A DNA stretch of 63,206 bases, filler included, from Octopus bimaculoides (GCF_001194135.2; 5 parts of 5 records of this genome joined end to end with filler, not necessarily neighbours in it), one strand, 5' to 3'; positions 35,087-49,954 are shown, counted from the whole stretch's first letter. The notes: a model not told the origin generated them from the sequence alone. Made by a program: numbers and translations.

Positions 35087-36076
35087 GCGTGCGTGTTTAT
35101 AAAGTATAAATGTTGCAACAGTATTAAACAGTTGCAAACAGTCAGATTAACTAAAATATTGAAAAGCTAAATTCAAGTGACTACAACATGTAGGATATAT
35201 ATATAGCCTGAAAACTGTATGACAGCTGAATGTTTGTAACTATTAGGTCGCTTCAGTTATATGCTACTGCTATGACAGATTCAATGGCCTAGGCCACTTG
35301 AAGGCAAGACAACTTGCTGAAACATGACTTGTCATTCAATCATAGACAACAGTTGCTGGTTAGGGAGCAAAAATGTCTGGAATAAAATTTTTTTGTTGCC
35401 TGTCTGTGCATGTGCTCACTCTCTGTCTATCTGTCTGTCTGTCTGTCTCTGTCTTTGTCTTTGTCTCTCTTTCTCTCTCTCTGTCTGTCTCTCTGTCTGT
35501 CTCTCTCTGTCTGTCTCTCTGTCTCTCTCTCTGTCTCTCTCTCTCTCTCAAATNNNNNNNNNNNNNNNNNNNNNNNNNNNNNNNNNNNNNNNNNNNNNNN
35601 NNNNNNNNNNNNCTGTCTATCTGTCTGTCTGTCTGTCTCTGTCTTTGTCTTTGTCTCTCTTTCTCTCTCTCTGTCTGTCTCTCTGTCTGTCTCTCTCTGT
35701 CTGTCTCTCTGTCTCTCTCTCTGTCTCTCTCTCTCTCTCAAATGGTTGGCATTTGGAAAGGCAACCAGCTGTAAAGAAACAATGCCAAAACTGACCTCGC
35801 CTGTACGAGTGCCATGTAAAAGGACTCAGCCTGCTCTGCAGAGTGGTTGGTATTAGGAAGGGCATCCAGCCATGAAAACAATGCCAAAACACATTCAGAA
35901 GTATGGCACAGACTCCTGGCCAGCTCCTGTCAAACTGTCCAACCCATGCCAACATGAGAGGAGAAGTAAATCTGCCTTCAACTCAGTCACACGCATGTGT
36001 TTCATTTATTTTTTGTGTGTTTTATTACATAAAGTTCACCAACTACCTACCCTGAGTAAGTTCTGATGGCATGTGC

Positions 36077-36122
<46 letters not shown>

Positions 36123-36810
36123 GATTGCCTCATTTTGTCATATAATAGCCATCTCATATTAAATGATAGATAACTGCATGTCATTAGATTTAAGTGACCA
36201 AAGCTTGTACAACATTTTTGTGCCACTCTCTTGGTTGCTGTAGTAAGATCCAGTGACAAGCAAAGCAAAATGTCTGTTACTATTTTGAGTGCAAGTTTTA
36301 TGTCAGAGTATCTTTCTCTTAGAAGAGCTTCCTTCCATTAAGCTTTGTCCAAAGTAATGAGAGCCTCCTCTACACCTGGGAAATCTACTTAAAACATAAA
36401 TTAGACCCTGGCAGGTATTAGCAATGTGGTCAGAACAGACCTGGGAGTGACGGTAATTAATAGGTGACTCCCAAACTGAAGCCTCACCACCGGGTGCAGT
36501 TTTATGTCATGCCCAGGACAATATATGTATGTATGTATGTGTGTGTGTGTTTGTATGCATGTATGTGTCTATGTATGCATGTATATTTGTATGTATGTAT
36601 GTTTGTATGTATGATTGTATGTATGTATGTTTGTATGTGTTTGTATGTATGTGTGTATGTATGTATGTTTGTATGTATGTGTGTGTATGTACATGTAAGG
36701 ATGTGTGTGCGTATGTGTGCGCATGTTTGTGTTTCCTTGACTTGACGTCACATGATATTTGTAAATGAGTGTGACTGTCATACGAGCAGTGTCAAGCAGT
36801 GCTATTCATT

Positions 36811-36950
36811 ATTTATGTTATTTACATTTGACAGATATTTGTCCTCTTCTTGTTTGTTGTTAACACAACGTTTTGGTTGATATNNNNNNNNNNAAATGTA
36901 AATAATGTAAATAATGTACATAATTCCTCATCTCTTAAATATAGAACTGT
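36811..36950. mobile_element. Second copy of the Penelope-like fold-back element (centre collapsed in a 10-N gap)
   Basis: Left arm tttacatttgacagatatttgtcctc...ttaacacaacgttttggttgatat and right arm aaatgtaaataatgtaaataatgtacataattcc are inverted relative to each other; inserted in a family A2 SINE. Confidence 0.7.
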
Positions 36951-37170
36951 AGTTTTATTCATTTCCATTATTGTGCAAGATGTCTGACAAAGAGGAAATA
37001 TTACCTCGCTTGGAAACAGGTGAAAGTTGACAACGGGAAGGGCATCAGCTGTAGAAAATCTGCCTTAAATAAACTCTGTCTGACCCTCACAAGCATGGAA
37101 AATTGGACATTAAATGATGATGATGATGATGATGATGATGGTGGTATACCACTACTACTACTGCTGCTGC

Positions 37171-37209
<39 letters not shown>

Positions 37210-37639
37210 TGTGTAAAGGTTGCAAGCTGGCAGAATCACTAGCATACCAGACAAAATGCTAAACTGCATTTTGTCCATTTTTACATTCTTAGTTGAAATT
37301 CCATTGAGGGTGACTTTGCTTTCTGGGTCGATAGAATACATATCAGACAAGTACTGAGGTTTATGTAACTGACTTCTCCTTTACCTCAAAAACTGTCAGC
37401 CCTGTGCCAAAATTTGAAATCATTATCATCAAATGCAAATAATGTACAATACAAATAAGGTGATGTTTTTTCAAATGCAGAATTGCAGTTAGAACAGCAG
37501 AAACACTGGGTAAATTACTCTTACAAAGCGGAAAAATTTATCAGCAAATAGCCATGGGACTCCAAACCCACATCCCTCAAGAATCTGGCAGAGTGCTTTA
37601 CCATTAAGCTAAACTACCCACTGACAAATTCGTCTGCAA

Positions 37640-39330
37640 TTTTAGATGCTAAATAGCTACTAGAACAACTACATGTAAAACAGGATGACAAAGTGGAGAG
37701 ACACTTGACAGTATGACAGTGTAACGAAGGTTCAAGTGGGCTTGCAGCCTGATCCGGAAATGGAAAACTAAGGCATGCTGATATAGTTGGAGCAACATAA
37801 GAAGTAAGAGCCGATCTAGGGTCACACAATTTCAAACCATTTTGCATGAGCAGTGGAGAAAAGATGAAAGAGGCAGTGGTACACAAAGCAAGAAAGGAGG
37901 GAAAAGGAAGGCGAAATGTACATTTGGTGTAATGTAGTCTGCAGGGACAGTGCCTGAGATGGGAGGAATACGTGGTCAGTTGCAGAATCTCATAGAAGGA
38001 ACTTTGAGTTTGGGAACAAGCAAGAACATTCTTCCTGATTAAGTCTACCTTTGACATTTTGCCTAAACCGGCCAATTTAGTCTGGTGGAACATACAAACG
38101 ACTGATGAATGTAGATGCAGAGAGAAAGTGACAATGAGACATGTTCTGTCTAACTGCAAGCTAGCACTATACAGATACACATGGCATCACAGTCAAGTTC
38201 TCAGTGTCATAAGTGCAGCACTCAAGGAGAAGATCGAGGGATACCATAGGGGAGAGTACCCAAAAGGGGAAAAGCACGGAAGGGTATATTTTCAGAAGGA
38301 GGAAAAAATACATAAGACCAGGCCTTCAAAAAAAGTATACGAGACAGACGAAAGATGGAAGGGATACTAGGAGCTGGCTGTGGATTTGGAAAGACTGTTA
38401 ATACTTCCATTCATAAAAACAACAAAAAGACCAGACTTAATCCTATGGAACACAGAATGAAAAATTGGAATTTTGCAAGAGCTGACACTGCCATGGGAAG
38501 AGCAACAAAAGAAGAGGTATGATAGATTAATCAAAGAGTGTGGGGAACAGGGGTGGACTGTTGAATATTACCACCTGGCAGTGGGGGCTAGAGGCTTCAT
38601 TGAAAGGAAAATGGTGACGTTATTTAAAAGGTTTGCATTTTTGAGCTCAGAGCTGCGAAATGTAATAAGGAGGACACAGGAGGCAGCTTCTATATATGGC
38701 TGAAACGAGAAGACCTGAAATGGCTTCAAAGCCATAACATGCTGACTTGGAAATAGTGTTGCTAGGGGAGGCTTGCTGGCACTTAAGCAGTGTTACTGTT
38801 TGACAGGTGGACCAAGGGAGCGATCTCGTTCATTGCACGCCCTCCTCCCCAATGGTTTGAAGGGTTGTACGACCAGACAGCTAGTTGATTCTGGCTACTG
38901 GAATGGAAACTAACACAACACTGTTGGAAGATAGGCTTAGTGAGGGCACAAGCCAAAACTATGTGTCCTTCCCCTCTATTGGTCAGTTGAAGTTTAGATA
39001 GTGTCATGTGACAGTTAGCTGGTGTTGGCTACTGGAGCCTACTGGCGAGTATTTAGAGGGAAATTTGGCAGGATGGTCATTCGCCTGCTGACATTCATTG
39101 ATGCTGCACTGAAGAAACCAAAGAACAAAAAGCCAAAGAAAAAAGGAGAAAGGAAAAACGCATTCAACTCCAGAGCTGAAAACGCCTCCGAAAGGGTTGG
39201 GGGCCACCACATCGAAAATGGTAGAGGAGTAGGGGGCAAAACCAGATGCGGTTCCTTTTGATGATGTCCTTTAACCATGGGATCCTATAATGGGGCTGTT
39301 GAGGTAGCAAATCATGAAATATAGTTGGAA
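37640..39330 (+). mobile_element. 5'-truncated HERO-like (R2-superfamily) non-LTR retrotransposon, pseudogenised
   Basis: One frame across ~37760-38700, broken only by stops: LRHADIVG...QGQCLRWE...RIS*KEL*...FLIKSTFDILPKPANLVWW, CCHC knuckle CRC-x7-H-x4-C, RYTWHHSQVL, RLE core RPDLILW...ELTLPWE...KKRY...AVGARG; GC-richer 3'UTR ending near tgatgatgtcc. Confidence 0.8.
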
Positions 39331-40056
39331 TTTCTCCAAACTAACATTTATTTTTATTAGAAGCATTGAAATGTGTATCGTGCAATACAATACACGTTTC
39401 AATGCTTATAAAAAACAAATGTAAGTTTGTTTACATTTATATACATGTTAATATAAATATAAATATATGTTTATGTAATATTATACTGCTCAAATGGCAC
39501 CAAATCTTTCCGCTTCTAAACTGTAAGACATTTACACCCCTTCCTACCCTCCCTACAAAAAGATGTGAATGAGTTCATTGAGGAATATCTTCTCAAAAAC
39601 GTCCTCATTCACTGCATTCACAAACATATTGCTCACTTATAATACATTAGCATGCAATTTGATAAATATAGATTGGTTACTGTATGTACTTGGTCTATTT
39701 CCAAGTGTCATTACATGATCTAGTTTATGGAAACTAAATCATGTATTATTAGATTATTCTTGTTTTGATCACAAAATTGGTAATACATTGCTTCCATTTT
39801 CATACTTGCATCTTTTGCTTTTCTTTTTGAGATTGTCAATATATATTATTTTTTATCAATAGGCTGTGATAAAAAATGGCTGTGTGGTAAGAAGTTTGCT
39901 TCCCAACCACATGGTTTCAGGTTCAGTTCTTGAATAGCATCTTGAGCAAGTGACTTCTACAATAGCCCTGAGCTGACAAATGACTTGTGAGTGGATTTGG
40001 TAGAGTGATACTGAAAGAAGTTAGCTGTATATACATATACATACATATATATACAG

Positions 40057-41015
40057 TCAGTCAAGCAAAAACTAAAGTCTTAATAAGTAGGAAGGTAGAC
40101 AAATCACAAATCCCTTCAAGTAGATGGCCCTGCTCAATCTGTAGAAAAGGTGTAGGTAGAAACTCTACAAGATGTAGCTGGTGTAAGCTATGGACACTAG
40201 CCTGGGCAAAGTTCAGAGAGCTCCTACCACTGCTGGTGACAAATGGGCTCTTGCTCAGAGTAAAAGGTAGACAGTATGACACATGTGTACAAACAGCCAT
40301 GCTACATGGCAGGGAAACATGGGCTGTGACTGCTGAGGACATGCGTAAGCTTGCAAGGAATGAAGCTAGTATGCTCCGCTGGATGTGTAATGTCAGTGTG
40401 CATACACAGCAGAGTGTAAGCACCCTGAGGGTCATGTGTTGTGTATGGACGAGGACAGCTGTGTGAAAAAGTATCACACCCTAGCAGTAGAGGGAAACTG
40501 TGGAAGAGGTAGACCCAGGAAGACCTGGGATGAGGTGGTGAAGCATGACCTTCAAATAGTCAGCTTCACGGAGGCATTGTCAAGTGACTGAGACCTTTGG
40601 AGATATGCTGTGCTTCAGAAGATCTGGCAAGCCAAGTGAGACCATAACCGTGGCTTATGTCAGTACAGCATAACTGGCCCATTTAAGAGTACTCTTCAAT
40701 CATTGGGCAATAAACTGCTCTTGTGAAGACCTGTTGACAATACTGCCTGATTGGCACCCATGCCAGTGGCATGTAAAAAGCATCATTCAAGTGTGGTCGA
40801 TGCCAGTACCTCCTGACTGGCCTTCATAGTATGTAAAAAGCATTCACAACACTCTCGGAGTGATTGGCATTAGGAAGGGCATCCAGCTATAGAAACTTTG
40901 CTCGATCACATTAGAGCCTGGTTGAACCTTCTGGCTTGCCAGCCCTCAGTCAAACTGTCCAACCCATGCCAGCATGGAAAGCAGATGTTAAACGACGATG
41001 ATGATGATGATAATG
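40057..41015 (+). mobile_element. RTE-clade LINE: RT C-terminal half with two internal deletions, plus 3'UTR
   Basis: AKTKVL...WPCSICRKGVGRNSTRCSWCKLW (PHD-like insert) / AWAKFRELLPLL...MLHGRETWAV...EASMLRWMC / GHVL..D..GRGRPRKTWDEVVKHDL...DLWRYAV; (gat)n tail. Confidence 0.9.
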
Positions 41016-41881
41016 ATGACATACATCCAATTCTGAGAAAGGTACCTGGTGATTATGGAATTTGCTGGAGACAACAGCTAAATCTCCCTTAAATCACAGA
41101 CCTTTTTGCCTAAAAATATAAAAATTTTTTTTTTTTTAACTGAAATGGCTTTCCCCATCGTTTTTGTTCTGTAGGACANNNNNNNNNNNNNNNNNNNNNN
41201 NNNNNNNNNNNNNNNNNNNNNNNNNNNNNNNNNNNNNNNNNNNNNNNNNNNNNNNNNNNNNNNNNNNNNNNNNNNNNNNNNNNNNNNNNNNNNNNNNNNN
41301 NNNNNNNNNNNNNNNNNNNNNNNNNNNNNNNNNNNNNNNNNNNNNNNNNNNNNNNNNNNNNNNNNNNNNNNNNNNNNNNNNNNNNNNNNNNNNNNNNNNN
41401 NNNNNNNNNNNNNNNNNNNNNNNNNNNNNNNNNNNNNNNNNNNNNNNNNNNNNNNNNNNNNNNNNNNNNNNNNNNNNNNNNNNNNNNNNNNNNNNNNNNN
41501 NNNNNNNNNNNNNNNNNNNNNNNNNNNNNNNNNNNNNNNNNNNNNNNNNNNNNNNNNNNNNNNNNNNNNNNNNNNNNNNNNNNNNNNNNNNNNNNNNNNN
41601 NNNNNNNNNNNNNNNNNNNNNNNNNNNNNNNNNNNNNNNNNNNNNNNNNNNNNNNNNNNNNNNNNNNNNNNNNNNNNNNNNNNNNNNNNNNNNNNNNNNN
41701 NNNNNNNNNNNNNNNNNNNNNNNNNNNNNNNNNNNNNNNNNNNNNNNNNNNNNNNNNNNNNNNNNNNNNNNNNNNNNNNNNNNNNNNNNNNNNNNNNNNN
41801 NNNNNNNNNNNNNNNNNNNNNNNNNNNNNNNNNNNNNNNNNNNNNNNNNNNNNNNNNNNNNNNNNNNNNNNNNNNNNNNNN

Positions 41882-41950
<69 letters not shown>

Positions 41951-43419
41951 GTCCGTCCGTTCTTGTTCTGTTGATAAGTTTTGTTATGTTCTGTTTTTAT
42001 GCAATGCGACCTATACTAATGTTGAAAAGAGGCCAATAAACTTCATTTATTGCATGTTCACTGCTTAGGTTTAAGTGAATATGTAATAAGTTTCCATAAC
42101 AACCTGTTAAGAATAAATGATGGCATACTTGGAATATAAAGACACTCTTAATAGGTTTCTTCACATGCACTAATAATAAGAATGTAATCATCATCATCAT
42201 CATCATCATCGTTTAATGTCTGCTTTCCATGCTAGCATGGGCTGGACAATTTGACTGAGGACTGGTGAACCAGATGGCTACACCAGGCTCCAATCTGATT
42301 TGGCAGAGTTTCTACAGCTGGATGCCCTTCCTAACGCCAACCACTCCGAGAGTGTAGTGAGTGCTTTTACATGCCACCGGCACAAAGGCCAGTCAGGAGG
42401 TACTGGCAACGGCCATGCTTGAAATGGTATATTTTACGTGCCACCTGCACAGGAGCCAGTCCAGCAGTACTGGCAACGAACTTGCTCGAATGTCTTTTCA
42501 ATACTTCAATCCCAATGTCTTGATAAATTGTTGGAAACAAAACTTTAGATATCGCTTATTATATTAATAGAGCAAGGTGGCAAGCTGGACGAAATGCTTA
42601 GCAGTATTTCATCCATCGCTATCTTCTGAGTTCAAATTCCACAAGGGTTGACTCTGCCTTTCATCCTTTTGAGGTCAATAAATTAAGTACCAGTGAAACA
42701 CTGGGGTTGATGTAATCGACCAGTCCCCTCTCTCAGATTTCAGGCCTTGTGCCTTTAGTAGAAAGGATTATATTAACAGAGCAAGCCTATATCAAAATTA
42801 CTGGAGACTAGTCTTTCAATGGGGCTAGCACCATCAATATGTGATGATGAAGGGTGGAATTTATTATTAATCTTGTGTTTTTGTAATAGTGTGTTCGCAT
42901 GTAATGGATGATAGATTTCTACAAGTGCAAATACTCTGAAATATTTGGCAAAAAAAAAAAAAAGATCACAAAACACCTTTTAGTTGCATTTCTTAACACA
43001 GAAAAGATTTTGATAAGCATCTGATCTTTGTAGCCATGTGGTCAACAAAATGGCCAGCTGTGAGAAGATGTCTCAAGAAAAGTGTTATTTCTGGGTTTTT
43101 TCTTTATGAGAGCTCTAAAATAGAACTTTAGGTAAAAGTAAATGTTTACCATGGTTCTCTTATTGTCACGGTTTTCAGAATTGACAAGCTCCAATATTTA
43201 TTTCAGCTTAGTGCAGTCCTTTGGTGCACCAGCTTCTGTCAAACAGTCCAACCAATGCCAGCATGGAAAACAGACATTAAATGATGATGGCGGTGGTGAT
43301 GGTGATGATGATGATGATTCATTTCACATTGGAAAATCAACTCCAGCACTGAAATTTGAAAGAAAAGTTTGTAGTTAAAATATATAAAAGTGAAATTGCC
43401 ATTGTCTAACACCAGTTAG

Positions 43420-43900
43420 TAATAGTATCCACAAAACCCATAAACTTGTAAGAGCTAAAAATAGCAGTTACTATAGATTGAATGTCTATAGAGTTAACTC
43501 TCTGAAAATAGATCAATCTTGTTATTTTGCCTAAGAGAAACAAGAAGAGAATGAGTCATAGAATAATGGCTAAGTTTTAAGTGGAATTATAAATGTTTAG
43601 TAGAAAACTACCTCTATTAGTTAGCAACCAAGTTCTTTTATTTTTGTACTGAAGACAAAGTGTATCAGACATCTGTAAGAGGTGTGATGCAACTGAAACA
43701 TAGCAAGTGTTTTATGACATGGGATTGAAGAGAAATTAATTTAGCCTATAATAATTGACATCAAAGGCATTAACTGATGTATGCAGGGAAGATGGTTGTG
43801 TTTGTAAACTTCATAGAATGCATTGGTTCATGTGAAGGAGAAATGAAAGAATATAGATAGTGAGATATTTAATAAGATTAACAATTTCAGGAAATCAAAT
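43420..43900 (+). mobile_element. Very decayed RTE RT-region remnant
   Basis: Patches such as aactacctctattagttagc, gtgtatcagacatctgtaagaggtgtgatgc and tgcattggttcatgtgaagg echo the LPLL, LY..CV..ML and RW.GHV segments of 40200-40460. Confidence 0.4.
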
Positions 43901-46419
43901 ACAATTCTGAAGTAATATGTTTTCAGAGATTATCTAAAGCCACAGAAAATTAATGCCTGGAAATAGAAGAATGATATGGTGAATGGATAAATGTTACTTT
44001 AGTGTTATGATACAGATATTTATAACAAAGTCAGTGAGTGCAATATAATTTGTAGAGAGTTCAAAAGAATCCAGTATGCAGACAAATATGATAAAATGAT
44101 GCTTTCAGTGTTTAAGGTAGTGATGAAGCTCAGTTATAGAAGATATTTCTCAAAAGAAAAATAAGTTAGACTGAATTTTATGTAGAATTTCATAAAATGT
44201 TCATTTTGATTAATTTGAAGGAGCTAATTTTAAAATTAGTCACAATATCATCATCGTCATTATCATCTGCTTTTCATGCTGGTGTGGGTTAGATGGGTTA
44301 GAGGAGCTGGCTAGGCAGAAGACTGCACCATACTTCACTGTCTGTTTTGGTATGGTTTTTTTTATGGCTGGATGCCCTTCCTAACATCATATATATATAA
44401 TAATGGTGAATATTATTACAAAATACTTTTAATATCTATTGCATGACTAAGGCAGTAAGCTGGCAAAATTGTTAGCTCACCAGGCAAAACACTCAGAAGC
44501 ATTTCTTCTGTCTCTATGTTGTGAGTTCAAATTCCACCGAGGGCAGCTTTACCTTTCATCCTTTTGGGGTTGATAAAATAAGTACCAGTTGAGCATTTGG
44601 GTTGATGTAAGCGACGTACCCACACCCCTGAACTTGCTAGCCTTACGCCAAAATTTGAAACCAATTTCTACTGAACAAATACACCATCATCATTTTCTAT
44701 CCACTCTTAAAAAATAGCTATTAAATAATACAAAAAAAAAAAAGCAGAGCTCAAATTACTATGGAACATACACCTATTTTATAGTAGTTCTCATTCTGAT
44801 TATTTTATAGCAAGAGATTCATATCTCAGTAGTAGCAATCTATCATATTACAGTAACATTTTCCTTTTTTTTTACTACCATCTTCATCTCTCTTTGAAAC
44901 CTCATTTTTCTCTTCTTTTCAGTGAATATTTATAATAAAAATCTAAATGAACATGATTTTATATACATTTCAATCTAAATTTTGAATGCAGAGTTTTAAA
45001 TAAGATATTTATATACATAACATCTAAGAAGCTTATATAAAAGCTTAAAAATGAATAAGAATGCATCATTAAATTTTGAACTGTTTTTATTGAATTTTAG
45101 AATATTTGTTCTTAAACGAGATGTTTTATCTATCATTCAATTAAAATATGCCTTAATTTCATCATTGTCATCCTCATCATCTCAAACACACACATACACA
45201 CATATTTATATATATATATATATACATACACACACATACATACATACATACATACATACATGCATACACACACACACACACATACATACGTACGTACGTA
45301 CGTACATACATACATACATACATACATACATACATACATACATACATACATACATACATGATGGGCTTCCACGCAATTTTCTGCCTTCCAAATTCATTCA
45401 CAAGGTACTGGTCAACCTGAGGCTATAGTAGAAGACACTTGCTCAAGGTGCACTGCAGTGGAATTGAACCTGAAACTACATGATTGCAAAGTGAACTTCT
45501 TAAACCACATAGCCATGCCCTTTGTTTGCAAACATTACACTTCTCTTCATCGTCAGCATAAGATTTATTTGACTATGGGAATTATTTGTGGCCTAATGCT
45601 TTTAACATCTCAGCAACAGTTTCTGATAGACCTGTTGTTGTCTTTGCTTTATAGCCTTGCTAACCATACTGGATTTAACCTTAATTGTGGTCCTTTTCTC
45701 TGGTTACCCTTGCAGTAATCTTAACTAATCCACCCTTATCTATTACATTGTGTAACAAAATTAAATTTTTAAAAAATTATTTTTGTGTTTGGTCAGTAAG
45801 TGCTATTTCCTATTTTCTACTATCTAGAAATCAAAGGAAATGACTACTATTCCCTTCAAATTTTGCTTTTGTGACCTATTTTCCATTACATTTCAGACAG
45901 GTTCAGGACCAAGTTGCCGATGCAGAAATTTCATTATAGCACATATTCTGCTCAATACCACAGATTTGCTTATGAGTTGCTTGACCTTAACCACTTGAGC
46001 ATGTCTCTTAGTGGGTAATGATATGTGCATCTCTGATCATACCAGGAGTAGAGTTGAGAACGATTCTTCAGGGTTTGAATAAATGTAACAAAAGCAAAGT
46101 TTGAAAGAAATATTATCCATTTTTTATACATTCTAGGGGTAAGCAAATAGGAAATAATAGTTGCTACCCAAGGAAAAAAAATCATGTTACACAGTGTCAT
46201 GTATCTGCTACTCACTGTAATATCTCCATCTATCCTTTGGTTTAATGTCACTGATAGTAAGTGTGTAATTAATACTTTGCAGTGATATCCTGATTCATAT
46301 CAACAAACTACTTCATAGTTCATGCTTCTTGTTCTCATTTTTTCTAAGACTTAGGAGGGGCAGGTGGCCTTCATCCTTTTGAAGTTGGGTGAATTGGGGA
46401 CGTGAAAGTCACCCCCAAG

Positions 46420-47540
46420 ATGTGGCCTGAATATTTGCAGTAGAGCAAACTTCATTTAAGATACCCAAAGGCCAGGTGGTGATGTTAAAGCAGTTTGTTG
46501 GATTCAGTTTAACACAAATTAAATGGCACAGTATATTAGCAAATCAGCTACTCTCAGGTTCTATCCTTGATAAATACACCTGACACTTTCCTTTCCTTCC
46601 AGGTTTGTCAATTAGCTTTTATCATGCTCTACACAACTATTGTCCATCACCAAACCTGGACAGTAGCTTGCAGCATGAGGTCAATGCCTTGTTGACCTAT
46701 GACCCCTCTGTCCTTATTCTCTACTCTGCCTCATATCTGAATAGGTGTTACCTAGTGATGTTTAGAAGTTTTACCTAACAAAGGTGTCTTTTATCAGCCA
46801 TACTTTCTTTCCTCTTGTCTTTTATTGCTTCTAAGTCCTCTTCATTCTCAGTTTGAAGTGACAGAGCCAGTTATTTGCCAGTTAAAAATTTGGCATTCAG
46901 TCTTCTGCTTGTCTCTATTTACCGGTTGGAAAGTACAAACTTATTCTAGCTGAATGCTCACCTGAGTGAACACTTGAAAGATGGTTTTCTAATGTTAGTG
47001 TTACGAAGGATAAGGTAATTTGCATCTCTCTTCATTCCTTGTGTCATGGTCATAGCTTCCAGGCACATCATTATACCCATCTTTGTATTTTCTGACATAA
47101 CCAATGAATTTTGCCAGTTATGATTATGATACCACTGTCAACAATACTCAAATAAGTATACATAACACTTTGCCTGTCAGTTAATTCTACACATGGGGCA
47201 CAGGTAGATATCATAGATGCCATTACACTGTCATTACTAATACAAATTTTATTATCCTATTACTTATCCAGCCATTCTTGATTGTTCCACCTACCCACTC
47301 TTCTACTAAGGTTATACTAATTCTATTCATATAAGAGAATCTGTAATTCTGCTGTATGAATAATGCTGGTATAATCTGAATAGAATTTGTAATTCTGTTT
47401 AAAGTTCAGTCTTTTCCAGCTACTCTCACCAATTCTCACAGAATGCAGCCATGTAGCTTCTTTTAAGTAAAATATCTGTGCTTATCCATCTATCAACACC
47501 CAGAATAGAGTCACCTCCCTCTCTATCAAATATACTCCTA
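46420..47540 (-). mobile_element. Decayed RTE LINE apurinic-endonuclease domain and linker
   Basis: Minus strand reads IITG.FIGYVRKYKDGYNDVPGSYDHDTRNEE (GDFNGHVG...GTRNEEG-like) and a TWWWN-like ggtttggtgatggacaatag segment; many stops. Confidence 0.6.
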
Positions 47541-48389
47541 CTCAGTCGAAGGGTTTTTTTTCCTTTTCCTTCTTTATGTTGTCTTGCAAGTTACTTGGCA
47601 ACCACATTAGTGCTGGTGTCACAAAAAATAAAAAGCATCCAGGACACATTATAAAGTGGTTGGCACTAGGAAGGGCATCTTGCCATAAAAACCATGCCAA
47701 ACCATACACTCCATACATCCACCAAGCACTTCTCTATCATGATAATTACCTTACATGACCCACCCTTTATTGGGTTAACAGTACAAAGATTGACCTAGTA
47801 TTAACAACTCAACCAGAAGAAGGCTACCATTGATGCTACTAAAAATTATGATAATTATCATTTTAATTCTAACTTCTCTGTTCACATTTGCTTTGATTAA
47901 AAAAAAAAATGCTACTTAAATTCAAGATTAGACCAATTGGAGGGAAACTACTTAGAAGTACATTGAGATCTGTTTACTTTGCTATCAGATTTTATTGCCT
48001 AATCTGTCTCTTCAAAAAACAAATATTAGCAGATAATGAGCCCCGTGGAAAATTACTAATAGTGAAAGAATCATTTTCTCGTTAAAGAAAACTTTCATCA
48101 ATCAACAATACAAGATACAAATAAAAGTATGCGGATCAGTTTCATGTTGAAGCTGTCATTGACCACAGATGGAAAACAGAGCTGACAGTTATCGGTTGCA
48201 TAATAGTATAGCTTTCTTTGTGTTCACCTTACTAGTGACTTGTGTTGAGTGATTTGTAATTATGAAATATACTCCAACAGATTATACTATCTTATAAGCA
48301 TTGCTATCTGCTCTGTTTTGTCAGCCACAGTGGAAGGCAAGAGAAATTTTGTTTGTGCAATTGATTACCCTATTTTTATACACCTACGA

Positions 48390-48594
48390 GGAGATGATGA
48401 CAATGATGATGATGATGACAATGGTGGTGGTGATAGTGATAATGGTGACAATCATCGTCATCGTGCCGTTTTTGCCACTGACGGTGATGGTGATGACACT
48501 GCTGCAACCACTGATGGGGGGAATGATGATGATGGTGATGATGTTGATGATGATGACGATGATGATGATGATGACAATGATGCTGATGATGACA

Positions 48595-48637
<43 letters not shown>

Positions 48638-48790
48638 CGATGATGACAGTGTTGGTGATGATGATAATGATGATGCAGCCACTGACAGTGGTGTTGATGA
48701 CGACGAAGACAATGACGATGACGACAATGATGATGATGATGATGACAATGACGTCAATGATGGTGATGATGATAATTAGGGTGGTGCTGG
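48390..48790. repeat. Degenerate (GAT/GAC)n trinucleotide tract
   Basis: Accounts for the Asp-, Met-, Ile- and Ser-rich ORFs in four frames. Confidence 0.9.
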
Positions 48791-49766
48791 TGGTCATCAT
48801 TATCATTAATGCAGCTGACAATAATAATTAATATTTATGATGATGGGGAGGAAGATGATGATGATGAAAATGATAAAGGAAGAGTAGTTGTAGTAGTTTA
48901 ATAATAATATAATTATATTATAAAAGCCAACTACTCTACTCTTTACTCTTTTACTTGTTTCAATCATTTGAATGTGACCATGCTGGAGCACCACCTTTAG
49001 TTGAGCAAATCGACCCCAGGACTTATTCTTTGTAAGCCTAGTACTTATTCTATTGGTCTCTTTTGTCGAACTGCTAGGTTACAAGGACGTAAACACACCA
49101 GCATCAGTTGTCAAGCGATGTTGGTGGGGACAAACACAGACACACAAACATATACACACACATACATATATATATATACATATATACGATGGGCTTCTTT
49201 CAGTTTCTGTCTACCAAATCCACTCACAAGGCTTTGGTCGGCCCGAGGCTATAGTAGAAGACACTTGCCCAAGGTGCCACGCAGTGGGACTGAACTTGGA
49301 ACCATGTGGTTTGTAAGCAAGCTACTTACCACACAGCCACTCCTATGCCTATAAATGTTTATTATGCATTATCTTTAAAAACCAAGATTGTCTCTTGCTG
49401 TGTTATCTGTTACCTTTTATTACAAGACACATTAACAAATTAAAAAAGGAAATGTAATTTTAATATCAATCTATTTTTTGGTTTTCAAAATGTCGGTATA
49501 TTTTACAAATATAAAGTATAGATGCAGACATGACTGTGTGGTAAGAAGTTTGCTTCCCAACTACAAGGTTTTGGGTTCCTTTCCATTGTGTGGCACCTTG
49601 GGGAAGTGTTTGCTGCAATTGCTTCAGACTGACTAAAGGCTTGTGAGTGGATCTAGTAGATGGAAACTGAAAGAAGCCCATTGTTTGTCTGACTGTATGT
49701 ATATATGTATGTATGTGTGTGTATGTGTATGCATGTGTGTATGTATGTGTGCATATGTCTGCATGA

Positions 49767-49797
<31 letters not shown>

Positions 49798-49906
49798 GAG
49801 AGATAGATAGATAGATATACAGATAGATAGATAGATATACAGATAGATATATAGATAGATAGATATACAGATAGATAGATAGATAGATATACAGACAGAT
49901 AGATAG

Positions 49907-49954
<48 letters not shown>

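Noticed and set aside
39022-39261. 79-aa basic ORF (LKKPKNKKPKKKGERK, NLS-like)
   Set aside because: Lies inside the HERO-like 3'UTR, starts at a non-ATG codon, and its lysines come from A-rich runs.
39233-39270. Type II hammerhead-like arrangement at the HERO 3' end (ggggc-aaaa-cc...gg-tt..tgatga-tgtcc; similar at 50279-50330 minus)
   Set aside because: GAAA and CUGAUGA are both imperfect, and there is no room for helix I; kept only as a terminal motif.
48249-48831. 176-aa Asp-rich and Met-rich ORFs
   Set aside because: Produced by a (GAT/GAC)n tract that is open in several frames; the non-repeat N-terminus has no recognisable motif or splice support.
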